28,683 nucleotides of DNA from Lentisphaeria bacterium (lineage in GTDB: Bacteria; Verrucomicrobiota; Lentisphaeria; JABSQK01; CAJWLW01): assembly GCA_003545375.1 (NCBI GenBank), contig DPYP01000212.1, positions 1 through 28,683 on the forward strand. Reading direction: 5' to 3'. The notes below the pieces were generated by a model. The model was not told where the DNA came from. It ran no database searches and saw only the letters and a list, made by a program, of their open reading frames with translations. A program made the translations under genes and the position numbers. This document shows, piece by piece, positions 8,401 through 17,817 of the stretch. The stretch's first letter is position 1, and every line of letters starts with the position of its first letter.

Positions 8401-8745
8401 ATGAACGCATTGATCCTTGTCGATATCCAGAATGATTTCATGCCCGGCGGCGCGCTCGCCAAGCCGGATGGCCATGACATCGTGCCGGTCGACAACGGCC
8501 ACCGCCGCGCGACGGGACTGACGGACTACCCGCGCGAACAAAGCGTCACCGGCGCTTGCGTTTATGGTGTGGCAACGGGCTATTGCGTCAAATGCACATG
8601 CCTGGACGCCCGTAACGAGGGGGTCGAGACCTCGATCATCGTGGATGCCTGTCGCGGCGTCGAGTTGCAGATCGGTGACGTCACAGCGGCAGTGGATGAA
8701 ATGCAGAGTGTCTGTGTGAACGTCATCCGCGGCATCGAATTATGA
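8401..8745 (+). pseudogene. pncA: Nicotinamidase/pyrazinamidase with a large in-frame internal deletion (114 aa versus ~200 typical)
   Basis: The N-terminal ALILVDIQNDFMPGGALAKPDGHDIVPV is joined directly to the C-terminal DNGHRRATGL..GVATGYCVKCTCLDA..IIVDACRGV. The central DWH, WPxHCV and KG motifs are missing. Confidence 0.8.
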
Positions 8746-9260
8746 CCTATGCAGTCGAAAAAATCGAAATCGTCATTGCCGACATCACGACGCTCGAAGT
8801 CGACGCCATCGTCAACGCCGCCAATGAGAGCCTGTTGGGTGGCGGTGGTGTGGACGGTGCCATTCACCGTGCCGCTGGCCCGGGCTTGCTGGCAGAGTGC
8901 CAGGGGCTCGGCGGCTGCCCGACAGGCGATGCAAAGATCACCGCGGGCTACGATCTGCCGGCGCGCCACATCATCCACACCGTTGGTCCGATCTATCGCG
9001 ACGGCACCCGGGGTGAGCCGGAGCTGCTGGTCTCGTGTTATCGGTGCAGCCTCGAATTGGCGGTTGCCAACGACGTGCGCACGATCGCTTTTCCGGCCAT
9101 CAGTTGCGGCATCTACGGCTATCCGCTGGCGGATGCCTGCGCGATTGCCGGTCGCGAAGTCACGGTCTTTGTCGAGACCAGCGGGGCAATCGACAAAGTC
9201 ATATTCTGCTGCTTCAGCGCCGACATCAGAGCGGCTTATGAGCAGGTGATCAAGGCTTAG
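8742..9260 (+). CDS. Macrodomain protein, O-acetyl-ADP-ribose deacetylase / ADP-ribosyl hydrolase (YmdB/MacroD type)
   Basis: Motifs [40 protein letters not shown] and [17 protein letters not shown] overlap with the pncA remnant. Confidence 0.95.
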   Translation: MTYAVEKIEIVIADITTLEVDAIVNAANESLLGGGGVDGAIHRAAGPGLLAECQGLGGCPTGDAKITAGYDLPARHIIHTVGPIYRDGTRGEPELLVSCYRCSLELAVANDVRTIAFPAISCGIYGYPLADACAIAGREVTVFVETSGAIDKVIFCCFSADIRAAYEQVIKA

Positions 9261-9261
9261 C

Positions 9262-11457
9262 TTGGATACTCCGAAAGAGCGTACATCTCGGCTTGAGACG
9301 GCCCTGCCGATTGCAGCGGCGCTGCTGGTTTTTATCTGCATCTGTGAACCGTTGTTCAGCGGCCGCTATTACGCCGGCTTCGACCATCGCGAGTCGTTCT
9401 ATCCTTATCGCGTGATCTATGCGGCAGCGGTGGAGCAGGGCGAGTTGGGATTGTGGGGGCCGCACTACTTTCGCGGCTTTCCCCTGGCCGGCATCGGGCA
9501 GCCCGGAATTTTCCACCCGTGGCGCTGGATCTGCGCGAAATTCCTGCCGCTGGATGTCGGCATTGCTTTGGATCTGGTCATTACCTTCCCGCTGACGTAT
9601 CTCGGGGCGTTTCTGCTGTTCCGTCACTATCGCATGAATCGGCCGGTCGCTTTTTGGGGTGCGACCTTGCATGCCTGCAGTATTTTCTTCCTGTCCCACT
9701 TCGGCCAGACGCACATGATCACCATCCTCGGACACACGCCCTGGGTGGTACTGGCATACGAGTGTTCGATGCTTGCGAAGTCCCGCTGGTGGGCGCTGCT
9801 GCTGCTCGGGTTGGGGTATGCCTCGATGCATCTGCTGGGGCATCCGCATACGGTTTTTCTCGTGTCCTGTATCGTAGGGATCGCCATTCTGCATTGCGGT
9901 CTCCGCAATTCCTGGCGGCGGTCGTGGTGGATCGCCACGGGGCTGGCTGCCTTGGCAATCGTTGCCGGCACGATGATCGGCAGCCTGACATTGATCCCGA
10001 TGCTCGATCTGCTCGGCAACCATCCACGCGGTCAGCTGTCGGCGGGTGAGCATGGCAATTTCTCGGTGCACGCCATTCATCTGCTGCAGAACCTGTCGCC
10101 TGCCTTTTTCACGGAACTGCCGGGCGACCTGGTGTACAAGGACAATCAGCCGACTGTTTTCCTGCAGAACCCGACTGCCAACGCCGTGTATTTCGGTGCC
10201 GGCGTACTGGCGTTGATCAGTGTGGCAGCGGTACGCTGGCGCCGCGACTGGCTGGCGCCGAAGCACCGCGGGGCAGCGCTTCTTCTCGGCGGCATGCTGC
10301 TGTTGTTTCTTGTACTGACTATGGGACGATACGGCGGCCTGCACAGCCTGCTGTGGCATGTGCCGTGGCTCAATACCTTTCGCGCGCCGCACCGGTACAA
10401 GGCTGTCATCGCGGCGATCACGGTTGTGGCTGTCACGATCATTCTGCAGCGGCTTTGGCGGCATACGAGTGAGCCGATTGAAAAACGCCGGGATATTATC
10501 GCCGTGCTGCTGACGGCGGCGCCGTTTGTTGGTGTGTTTGTCATCGGCCTGACACTGGGCAGCGTGATTTTTCGTGGCACCCGCCTCGAGGTCAGCGGCA
10601 TCGGCCCACTGTTGTGGGGGCCGGCAGTGGCCGTCGCGGCCATCGCGCTGTTCTCCGCCAGGCAGCGAAAGTGGGCGCCGCAGCTGCTTGCCCTGCTGCT
10701 GGTTACCGACGTGGCGATGTTCGGACTGCACATCGTCCGAGACGTCGAATACCGTGACCGGCACGAACTCCTGACTTTTAAGGCGGCATTGCAGACCAGC
10801 GATCACACGTATCGGCTGATCGCGGATAGTAACCTTCCAGTGTGGGAAGGATATTATATGGTTGGCGGGTACGAGGGGTTGTTTCCGGTCGAACCGCTGG
10901 ACCTGGGAAATCTGCAGCATCTTCGACTGGCGGCGATCGGTGAATTTGAGGTCGATGGCGAGCGCCGGTCGATGGCTGATCCGTTACCGCGCGTGCGGCT
11001 GGTACCGAACCTCGAGATCAACGCAGAACCGCTGGCAGGACTGGCGGAGGCCGACCTCGAGTCGACAGCGCACTGCGGCCCGGGACACGCCGAGGCGTTC
11101 ACCTCGCCGGCACTCGGCGAAATGGAGTACGTGCGCACTGAGCACGACGGTTTCGAGGTGTTGCGGATGAGCGTCCAGGTCGAACACCGGCGCCTGCTCG
11201 TGGTTGCCGACAAATGGGACGCCGGCTGGCGGTGCCTGGTGGACGGTGAATACCGGCCGATCCTGCCGCTTTACAACGGCGCTGTGCGCGGCGTCATGGT
11301 CGACAAAGGCGAGCATGAAGTTATAATGACATACGCACCTGGTACTCTGGTAACTGCGACGCGGGTCGCGGCGGCCGGTGGGATCCTGTTGCTGTTGCTT
11401 GTCGCCGCAAGCTGGCGCTGCGGATTGAACTTTTCGACCGAATGGCGGTCTGTATAA
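9262..11457 (+). CDS. YfhO-like polytopic membrane protein (putative GT-C glycosyltransferase)
   Basis: Many TM helices plus LWGPHYFRGFPLAG..QPGIFHP near the N-terminus, FRAPHRY, and the C-terminal LVVADKWDAGWRCLVDG..RGVMVDKGEHEVIMTY followed by a final TM. This is the YfhO architecture. The TTG start is uncertain. Confidence 0.8.
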   Translation: MDTPKERTSRLETALPIAAALLVFICICEPLFSGRYYAGFDHRESFYPYRVIYAAAVEQGELGLWGPHYFRGFPLAGIGQPGIFHPWRWICAKFLPLDVGIALDLVITFPLTYLGAFLLFRHYRMNRPVAFWGATLHACSIFFLSHFGQTHMITILGHTPWVVLAYECSMLAKSRWWALLLLGLGYASMHLLGHPHTVFLVSCIVGIAILHCGLRNSWRRSWWIATGLAALAIVAGTMIGSLTLIPMLDLLGNHPRGQLSAGEHGNFSVHAIHLLQNLSPAFFTELPGDLVYKDNQPTVFLQNPTANAVYFGAGVLALISVAAVRWRRDWLAPKHRGAALLLGGMLLLFLVLTMGRYGGLHSLLWHVPWLNTFRAPHRYKAVIAAITVVAVTIILQRLWRHTSEPIEKRRDIIAVLLTAAPFVGVFVIGLTLGSVIFRGTRLEVSGIGPLLWGPAVAVAAIALFSARQRKWAPQLLALLLVTDVAMFGLHIVRDVEYRDRHELLTFKAALQTSDHTYRLIADSNLPVWEGYYMVGGYEGLFPVEPLDLGNLQHLRLAAIGEFEVDGERRSMADPLPRVRLVPNLEINAEPLAGLAEADLESTAHCGPGHAEAFTSPALGEMEYVRTEHDGFEVLRMSVQVEHRRLLVVADKWDAGWRCLVDGEYRPILPLYNGAVRGVMVDKGEHEVIMTYAPGTLVTATRVAAAGGILLLLLVAASWRCGLNFSTEWRSV

Positions 11458-11491
11458 ACGAAGCGATTCAACGTCGACCATGGAGCTGAAT

Positions 11492-12985
11492 ATGAACCGT
11501 TCTTGCCAACTCGCGATCATCGTCGTCCTTGTCAACCTGGCCCTGTGCCCGATTCTCACTCCAACCTTTGCCACGGAGGCCTGGTGGCCGTATGGCGAGC
11601 AACGTAAAGACTCTACTGAGCCGGCAAAGCTCGACACCTCGCCGCTCCCCGTAGAACTCAAGCAGCGCACCAGTTTCGCGGAAGTCATCCGCAGCGTTGA
11701 GCCCGGGGTGGTGAGCATTTTCACTACCAGGAAAATCGATGCCAGCGAGTATCCTCACTACAACCATCCTTTATTCCGCGAGTACTTCGAGAACGGCCAT
11801 CGCCCACCGGCCAAGGAAGAAGGACTCGGCAGTGGTGTGATCGTCACGGCGGACGGTTATATCATCACCAACAACCACGTGGTCGAAGACGCCGACGAGA
11901 TCAAGGTAGCGCTGATCAATCCGCGCCGGGAATTCGACGCACGAATCATTGGCACCGACCCGGGCACCGACATCGCGGTGCTGAAAATAGAAGCGGAAAA
12001 TCTGCCGGCGGTTGTTCTGGCAGACAGCGATCGGGTCGAGGTGGGCGACATGGTCATGGCTATCGGCAATGCGTTTGGCGTCGGGCAGACGGTGACTCGC
12101 GGGATCGTCAGTGCCACTGGCCGTAGTAGTGTTGGCCTTGTGAAATATGAGGATTTCATTCAGACCGATGCATCGATCAACCCGGGAAACTCCGGCGGCG
12201 CCCTGATCGATCCGATGGGGCGTCTGGTCGGGATCCCGTCCGCGATCATCAGCCGTACCGGCGGCAGTCAGGGTATTGGGTTTGCGATTCCGACCAACCT
12301 GGTGATGCACATCGTCGAGCGACTGTTGGCGGACGGCCGCGTCGTGCGCGGCTTTCTCGGCATCCAGATCGGCGACCTGACGGCCCAGCTGCAGGAGGCA
12401 TTCGACATGGAGAACCTGAACGGCGCCCTGGTCAACGAAGTCCTGCCGGACAGCGCTGCGGCCGAAGCCGGGATTGAGCATGGCGACGTGATTGTCAATT
12501 TCAACGATATCGCGATCCGCAATTCCGGTCATCTGATGCTGGTCGTGGCTCGGACGTCACCGGCGACCGTTTCCAAGGTGAGCGTGTTCCGAAACGGCGA
12601 AGCAATCGACATTGACGTCAAACTGAAGGAGCGTCCGGATCGCGATATCACCAACAGGCCGCCGACGGTCAGTGAACCGGAGACCGAATTGCTCCGCGGT
12701 ATTACGGTCGACGATCTCGATGCGCAAATGCGCCAGCGCTTCAATGTGCCGCCCGACATCGAGGGCGCCGTGGTCGTCGGTATCGAAGCGGACAGTCCGG
12801 CTATGGACAGCGGTCTGCGACTTGGCGACGTGGTCCTGGAGATCAACAAAATGGAGGTGCGCAACGCCGCCGACGCGATTACCACCAGCGACGAGCTCGA
12901 GGAAGTGGACAATGTGCTGGTCTACGTCTGGCGCCAGGGCAACCGGCATTTCATCATGATCGAGGAAGAGCCGGGCGACGAATAA
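11492..12985 (+). CDS. degP: Periplasmic serine protease Do/DegP-HtrA family with two PDZ domains
   Basis: Catalytic triad TNNHVV / TDIAVL / GNSGGAL, GLGSGVIV, IQTDASINPG, GIGFAIP, and two PDZ domains after a signal peptide. The ATG at 11492 has GGAG 6 nt upstream; the alternative start is 11480. Confidence 0.95.
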   Translation: MNRSCQLAIIVVLVNLALCPILTPTFATEAWWPYGEQRKDSTEPAKLDTSPLPVELKQRTSFAEVIRSVEPGVVSIFTTRKIDASEYPHYNHPLFREYFENGHRPPAKEEGLGSGVIVTADGYIITNNHVVEDADEIKVALINPRREFDARIIGTDPGTDIAVLKIEAENLPAVVLADSDRVEVGDMVMAIGNAFGVGQTVTRGIVSATGRSSVGLVKYEDFIQTDASINPGNSGGALIDPMGRLVGIPSAIISRTGGSQGIGFAIPTNLVMHIVERLLADGRVVRGFLGIQIGDLTAQLQEAFDMENLNGALVNEVLPDSAAAEAGIEHGDVIVNFNDIAIRNSGHLMLVVARTSPATVSKVSVFRNGEAIDIDVKLKERPDRDITNRPPTVSEPETELLRGITVDDLDAQMRQRFNVPPDIEGAVVVGIEADSPAMDSGLRLGDVVLEINKMEVRNAADAITTSDELEEVDNVLVYVWRQGNRHFIMIEEEPGDE

Positions 12986-13099
12986 ACGTGAGCGTTGCGA
13001 ATGCCCAGCAGAATTGTAATTCCTCGACGGTATGCTATTCCTCCTTATGCCTCATCTTTCTGCCATTGATATCTAAAAACGCTTCGAGGGGAACCTGAC

Positions 13100-13642
13100 A
13101 TGAAGATCCACATGACCGCCGTGCTGCTCACCTGTATGATCGGACTGACCGGATGCATGACTCACAAGAACGCCGTCAAGCTCAGGCAGTTGGATCGAGC
13201 CGTTGCAGTCATGCATCCGACCGCAGGCAACAGTGTGCGGGGTATCGTCAAGTTTATTCAGGATGGCGCACGGATCACTGTCATCGCCGATATCGAGGGC
13301 CTGTCACCGAACGCTAAGCACGCGTTCCACATTCATCAGTGGGGCGACTGCAGCAGCCCGGACGGCAAGAGTGCTGGCAGCCACTACAACCCCGAAGGCC
13401 ACGAACACGGCAATCCGGCCGCCAGCAGCCCCCGGCACGCCGGTGATCTTGGAAATCTCGAGGCGGATGCCGCCGGCAAAGCACACTACGAGCGGACCGT
13501 GTACAATCTGACGATCGCAGATTCACACAACCCGATCATCGGACGCGCGCTGATTATTCATAAAAAACACGATGACTTCGGCCAACCGACCGGCAATGCG
13601 GGCTCGCGTATGGCCTGCGGCACCATCGGTGTGGCAAAGTAG
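13100..13642 (+). CDS. sodC: Cu/Zn superoxide dismutase, lipoprotein
   Basis: Motifs HAFHIHQWGDC, GSHYNP, HG, HAGDLGNL, GRALIIH, DD..QPTGNAGSRMACG. Lipobox LTGC; GAGGGG RBS. Confidence 0.96.
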   Translation: MKIHMTAVLLTCMIGLTGCMTHKNAVKLRQLDRAVAVMHPTAGNSVRGIVKFIQDGARITVIADIEGLSPNAKHAFHIHQWGDCSSPDGKSAGSHYNPEGHEHGNPAASSPRHAGDLGNLEADAAGKAHYERTVYNLTIADSHNPIIGRALIIHKKHDDFGQPTGNAGSRMACGTIGVAK

Positions 13643-13841
13643 CATCTGAAAAGCTTCGCTGCGTTACGAGTTCATAAATGCTGGGTTGCGCGCGCCTGAG
13701 TCTACGGCATGGCGCAGCGCTTGCCGGTACTGCTCCGGCACGTCGTCCCGTTTGCCGCACTCCCGTGTGATACCGAAGTCCTGCCAATACGGACAGATCG
13801 TGATGCAAGCCACCGCTCTCCCAGTACTTGCCGACTATGTA

Positions 13842-13866
13842 TGACACGCGTTCGGAAAACGTGTCA
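13842..13866 (-). terminator. Hairpin downstream of srkA
   Basis: TGACACG (13842-13848) / CGTGTCA (13860-13866), about 26 nt past the kinase stop. There is no U-tract. Confidence 0.3.
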
Positions 13867-13892
13867 ATCGGTCACTTGGATCACCGTGCAGA

Positions 13893-14873
13893 TCAAAGGC
13901 AGCGTTCCCGGATCAGGCTGAGTTGGCGCTGCAACACGTTGAGCTCCGACTGCCAGAAATTTTCGTTGCCCCAGTCGGGAAAGCTTTCCTCAAAGCGCGG
14001 GTCACCGACTTGGCGGCTGCGCCAGGCGTCGAAGTAGAGAATGCGCATGGCCCGCAGTGGTTCGATCAGACGTAGTGACTGATGATCAAACGGGCGGAAA
14101 TCCTCGTACCCTTCAATCACCAGATTCACTTCGTGACGGGCGGCCCAGACATGGTCCGGCAGCAACATCCACAGATCCTGCACAGGCGGTCCCATGGCCA
14201 TGTCGTCGAAGTCGATGAGCATGATGCCATCGTCAGGGTGCAGCACGTTGGCAGTGTGGCAATCGCCGTGGATACGGATGTATTCTGCGTCGTCGAACAT
14301 CGGCTCGATCAGTTCCATTAGCTCGCTGGTGATAACGGCAAAAGCTTCTTCGTGGTGCGGTGGGATAAATCCTTCGTCGAGCAGCGTGTCGATGTGCCCA
14401 GCAGTCGACTGGGCGGGGTGCAGGATCACACGATGTTCCGCATCGTATTCGGCGCCGCAGCGATGGACGCGGCCCAGCAGCCGTCCGAGCCGGCGCCAAT
14501 CCTCGTCCTCGACAAACTCGAACATGCGGCCGTGGCGCTTCGGGTAGATCGCAAAAACAATTCCCTCGGCATCGCCCACGGTATATGAGTCATTCAAATC
14601 GAGCGGGGCGATGACGGGGATCTCGGCCTCTTCGCAGTCGAGTATGAACATGTGCTCGTCGACGATGGCGTCGTCGGTCCAACGATTCGGCCGATAGAAT
14701 TTGGCGATCAGCCGAGTGCCGTCTGTGGCCTCGAGTTCGAATACCCGGTTAATGTAACTGTTGAGCGGACTGGTCAGGCCGGTGAGCTCGACGTTCAACG
14801 CCTGCTCGACAGCCGTGATGATCGTGTCGGGTGTCAGTTTTTCGAAATCGTGCGGGTTGGTGTCTTCATCCAT
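13893..14873 (-). CDS. srkA: Stress-response Ser/Thr kinase SrkA/RdoA (YihE, APH-fold)
   Basis: Motifs LNSYINRVF, IAKFYRPNRW, RIHGDCHTANVL, IDFDD, GPPVQDLWMLL, LIEPLRAMR and DPRFEESFPDW. Confidence 0.93.
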   Translation of the reverse strand: MDEDTNPHDFEKLTPDTIITAVEQALNVELTGLTSPLNSYINRVFELEATDGTRLIAKFYRPNRWTDDAIVDEHMFILDCEEAEIPVIAPLDLNDSYTVGDAEGIVFAIYPKRHGRMFEFVEDEDWRRLGRLLGRVHRCGAEYDAEHRVILHPAQSTAGHIDTLLDEGFIPPHHEEAFAVITSELMELIEPMFDDAEYIRIHGDCHTANVLHPDDGIMLIDFDDMAMGPPVQDLWMLLPDHVWAARHEVNLVIEGYEDFRPFDHQSLRLIEPLRAMRILYFDAWRSRQVGDPRFEESFPDWGNENFWQSELNVLQRQLSLIRERCL

Positions 14874-15149
14874 CCTGCTACGGTAGCCACCGGCGATAAG
14901 AGTTCAAACAACTTACAGCGGTCGTCGCAAACGATAATCTCTGTGCCAATGACAACACATAACAAAACGAGGAGCAGTTCATAGGGCCGTCATGGCTTGG
15001 AGCATCATCGGATATTGTGTCAGCGGGCAGTATCATGCCTTTGCCGCGCGCTGTGGAACACGTCGACCCGGTCGCGTGACTGGTTTTTAGCGCTGCGATC
15101 ACGTAGCTTAGCCCTCCGATACCCGCCAACTTTCCCGTGTGCTGGGCCC

Positions 15150-16040
15150 ATGAATGAAGTGAAAAACTTTGTTGAGACGGCTGCCGTTGCGACGCTGATC
15201 GATTTGGCATCCTGGACCGACCGTCTGCCGATGCTGGCGCCGCAGTACCAGTCGGGCAGGCCATTTCCACATATATTTTTGGAAGGTATGCTGCGGCCAG
15301 ACAAGGCGTTGCAGGCGGCGCGCGAGTTTCCGACGCCGGAATCGACGTCCTGGACACACTACAAACACGTCAACGAAAACAAGCTCGGCAAGAACGACCG
15401 CGATCACTTCCCGCCATTGCTCGGGCAGATTGTTGATACGCTCAACAGCCCGGCATTCGTCGAGTGGCTGAGCCAGCTTACAGGTATAGAAGGGCTGATG
15501 TCCGATCCGCTGCTGGACGGCGGCGGGCTGCATCAAACGGAGCCCGGGGGCTTCCTCAATGTCCACGCCGACTTTACCATGCACCACTACCACAAACGCT
15601 GGCGGCGTCGCATCAATCTGATCCTCTACATGAACGAACGCTGGGAGGATGACTGGGGCGGTGCCATCGAGCTGTGGGACGGCGACATGCAGGCGTGTGT
15701 CGAGAGAGTACAGCCATATCTCAATCATGCGCTGATTTTTAATACGAACGAGACTTCGTACCATGGCTATCCGGATCCGATCCAGTGCCCGGACGGTGTT
15801 CAGCGACGCAGCGTCGCACTGTATTACTACACCACCGAGGCAGACAGCAGCTATTCAATGAAGTCCACGAACTACAAAAGCCGACCGGACGACAATGCTG
15901 TTGCCCGTATTAAAATATGGCTCGATAAAGTGGCGCTCGATATTTACTCACGGCTCAAGGCGCGATTCGGCTGGTCGGACGAGTTTGCCAGCAACATCCT
16001 GAGCAAGCTGGCCAGGGGCAAGAAAAAACGCGACGAATAA
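15150..16040 (+). CDS. 2OG-Fe(II) oxygenase (prolyl-hydroxylase-like superfamily)
   Basis: The HxD motif (VHADF), distal His (YHGYP), the RxS motif (RRSVALYYY), GGGLHQ and WGGAIELWD. The start is reassigned to ATG 15150; the upstream 51 codons do not look coding. Confidence 0.88.
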   Translation: MNEVKNFVETAAVATLIDLASWTDRLPMLAPQYQSGRPFPHIFLEGMLRPDKALQAAREFPTPESTSWTHYKHVNENKLGKNDRDHFPPLLGQIVDTLNSPAFVEWLSQLTGIEGLMSDPLLDGGGLHQTEPGGFLNVHADFTMHHYHKRWRRRINLILYMNERWEDDWGGAIELWDGDMQACVERVQPYLNHALIFNTNETSYHGYPDPIQCPDGVQRRSVALYYYTTEADSSYSMKSTNYKSRPDDNAVARIKIWLDKVALDIYSRLKARFGWSDEFASNILSKLARGKKKRDE

Positions 16041-16164
16041 ACTGAGTAGATATGTGGCAGGTACGGCTTAAATACGCATGTGGAAGGTTACCCGCCGGCC
16101 AGAGGCTGCCTCCGACAGTCAATAAGCACATTCAAAAACAGTAAAGGGATACGCGAAAAACGCC

Positions 16165-17817
16165 TCACTGGCGTTCGAGCTCTGCCCGTTTCGCCTCCAG
16201 CAACCGCCGCACCGCATCCGACGAGGTCTTGTCGATCAGAAGGTCCATCATCGTGACGGCGTTAGCGTGGCCCGCGGCATGCAAGGCAATGATTGCGTCG
16301 GCGCGAGTGCTCGGTGACAGAGCTGTGCTGTTCGCGACCTTGAGCAACTCCGGCCGCAGTGCCGGGTAGGGAACCTGACGGAGAAACAGTAGAGCCTTGG
16401 CCAAGCGCACTTCTCTGCGGCGATCGATCTTTGCAAAAATCGGTTTGAGATCTTCGGCGTTCACTTCGGCACCGGCCTGGACCAGCGGTACCAGGGTGTG
16501 ATAAGCCTCCGCCTCGAGCGCGATCGCGACGACCGACTTGTCTTGCTTGTTGCGTGCCGCGATGTCAACCATACGTGATACCAGAAATGCGACCGCCGGA
16601 GCGTTCTGCGCACGCACGGCAAGGTGCAGCGGCGTGTTTCCCGATAGATCCGCAGCGTCAATGTCGGCGCCGAACTCGGCAACGACCTGCAGGTGCGTGA
16701 AATCGGTCGCAGGTTCCTTGCCGCGGACGCCATGGCGTCGCGCCGCAGCAAAATGGGCCGGCCGCTTTTTGGCGAACGGCGTGACGGCATCGGCGTCGGC
16801 GCCGCTATCGACGAGCAACACAATGATCTCGGCCGAGCCCTTGCCACCGGCGGCATGGTGGATTGCCTGTCGGCCGTACCGATCTGCTGCAGCGATGTCG
16901 GCACCTGCCTCGAGGTACATCTCGACGTGTTCGAAGTCGGCCATTCCGACGATGGCATTGAGATTCGCTTCACAGCCGGAAACGGGATCGAGACCATAGT
17001 CGCGGAGCAACCGGGCGCGACGTGTCTGCTCGGTCAAATCCTGGATGGCCGGAAACAGCTTGCACGCCATCAGCGGGCATTCGCCCGCTTCGAGCAAGGC
17101 TACCAGCATCATGTCTGTTGACTGCCGCATTGCCACCTGGAACGGGCTGGGCCGTCCCGCGTTGACATTGGCGCCGTGCTCGATGAGCAACTTGACCAGT
17201 TCGGCATTGCGCGCTTCCACCGCCACAGTCAGTGGATTCGGTCCTCTCCTCGGGTAGCGGGCCGGCTTGGCGCCGGCGGCCAGGAGCATCCTGCAGAGTT
17301 CCATTCTTTTCGACTTCTTGACCTGCAGTGCCACGGTCAGTGCATTTGCTTTCCTGGAACCAGCATCGGGCTTGGCGCCGGCAGCCAAAAGCACCTTGAC
17401 GGCGTCAGCCTTGCCGGCGGCACAGGCCATCATGAGTGCGGTGCCGTCGGTCCGGTGCGGGGTGTCGAGTTTGGCACCGCGCTCGGCCAGCAGCGTCAGC
17501 CATTCATCAGCCTTCTGCGGGTGTCTGGTTGCAATCATCAGCGGTGTGGCGGCCTTGCCGTTGCGGGCATCGATGCCCGCCCCGGCATCGAGCAGGACAC
17601 GGCCGAGTTCGGGATCACCCGCGATGCAAGCCTGATGCAACGGCGATTGTCGCTTGTCGTTGAACGATTTGACACTTTCCGGATTTTTCTCGACGTAGGC
17701 CTGCAGGGTGGCCGGATCGTTGGCATCGATGATCTCAAAGATCTCTTTGGCGGGGGCGAGTGCTGTGAGCAGCGACACGAGGATTGCTGCTGGCACGATG
17801 GGATTGATGTTCAACAA
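16165..17817 (-). CDS. Exported ankyrin-repeat protein (~10 repeats) with a helical C-terminal tail
   Basis: Ankyrin-type motifs QSPLHQAC, ATPLMIA, GTALMMAC, PNPLTVAV, RQAIHHAA and GNTPLHLAV, each followed by LL..GA.. turns. Hydrophobic N-terminal signal (AAILVSLLTALAPA). The TTG start overlaps the suhB stop. Confidence 0.88.
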   Translation of the reverse strand: MLNINPIVPAAILVSLLTALAPAKEIFEIIDANDPATLQAYVEKNPESVKSFNDKRQSPLHQACIAGDPELGRVLLDAGAGIDARNGKAATPLMIATRHPQKADEWLTLLAERGAKLDTPHRTDGTALMMACAAGKADAVKVLLAAGAKPDAGSRKANALTVALQVKKSKRMELCRMLLAAGAKPARYPRRGPNPLTVAVEARNAELVKLLIEHGANVNAGRPSPFQVAMRQSTDMMLVALLEAGECPLMACKLFPAIQDLTEQTRRARLLRDYGLDPVSGCEANLNAIVGMADFEHVEMYLEAGADIAAADRYGRQAIHHAAGGKGSAEIIVLLVDSGADADAVTPFAKKRPAHFAAARRHGVRGKEPATDFTHLQVVAEFGADIDAADLSGNTPLHLAVRAQNAPAVAFLVSRMVDIAARNKQDKSVVAIALEAEAYHTLVPLVQAGAEVNAEDLKPIFAKIDRRREVRLAKALLFLRQVPYPALRPELLKVANSTALSPSTRADAIIALHAAGHANAVTMMDLLIDKTSSDAVRRLLEAKRAELERQ

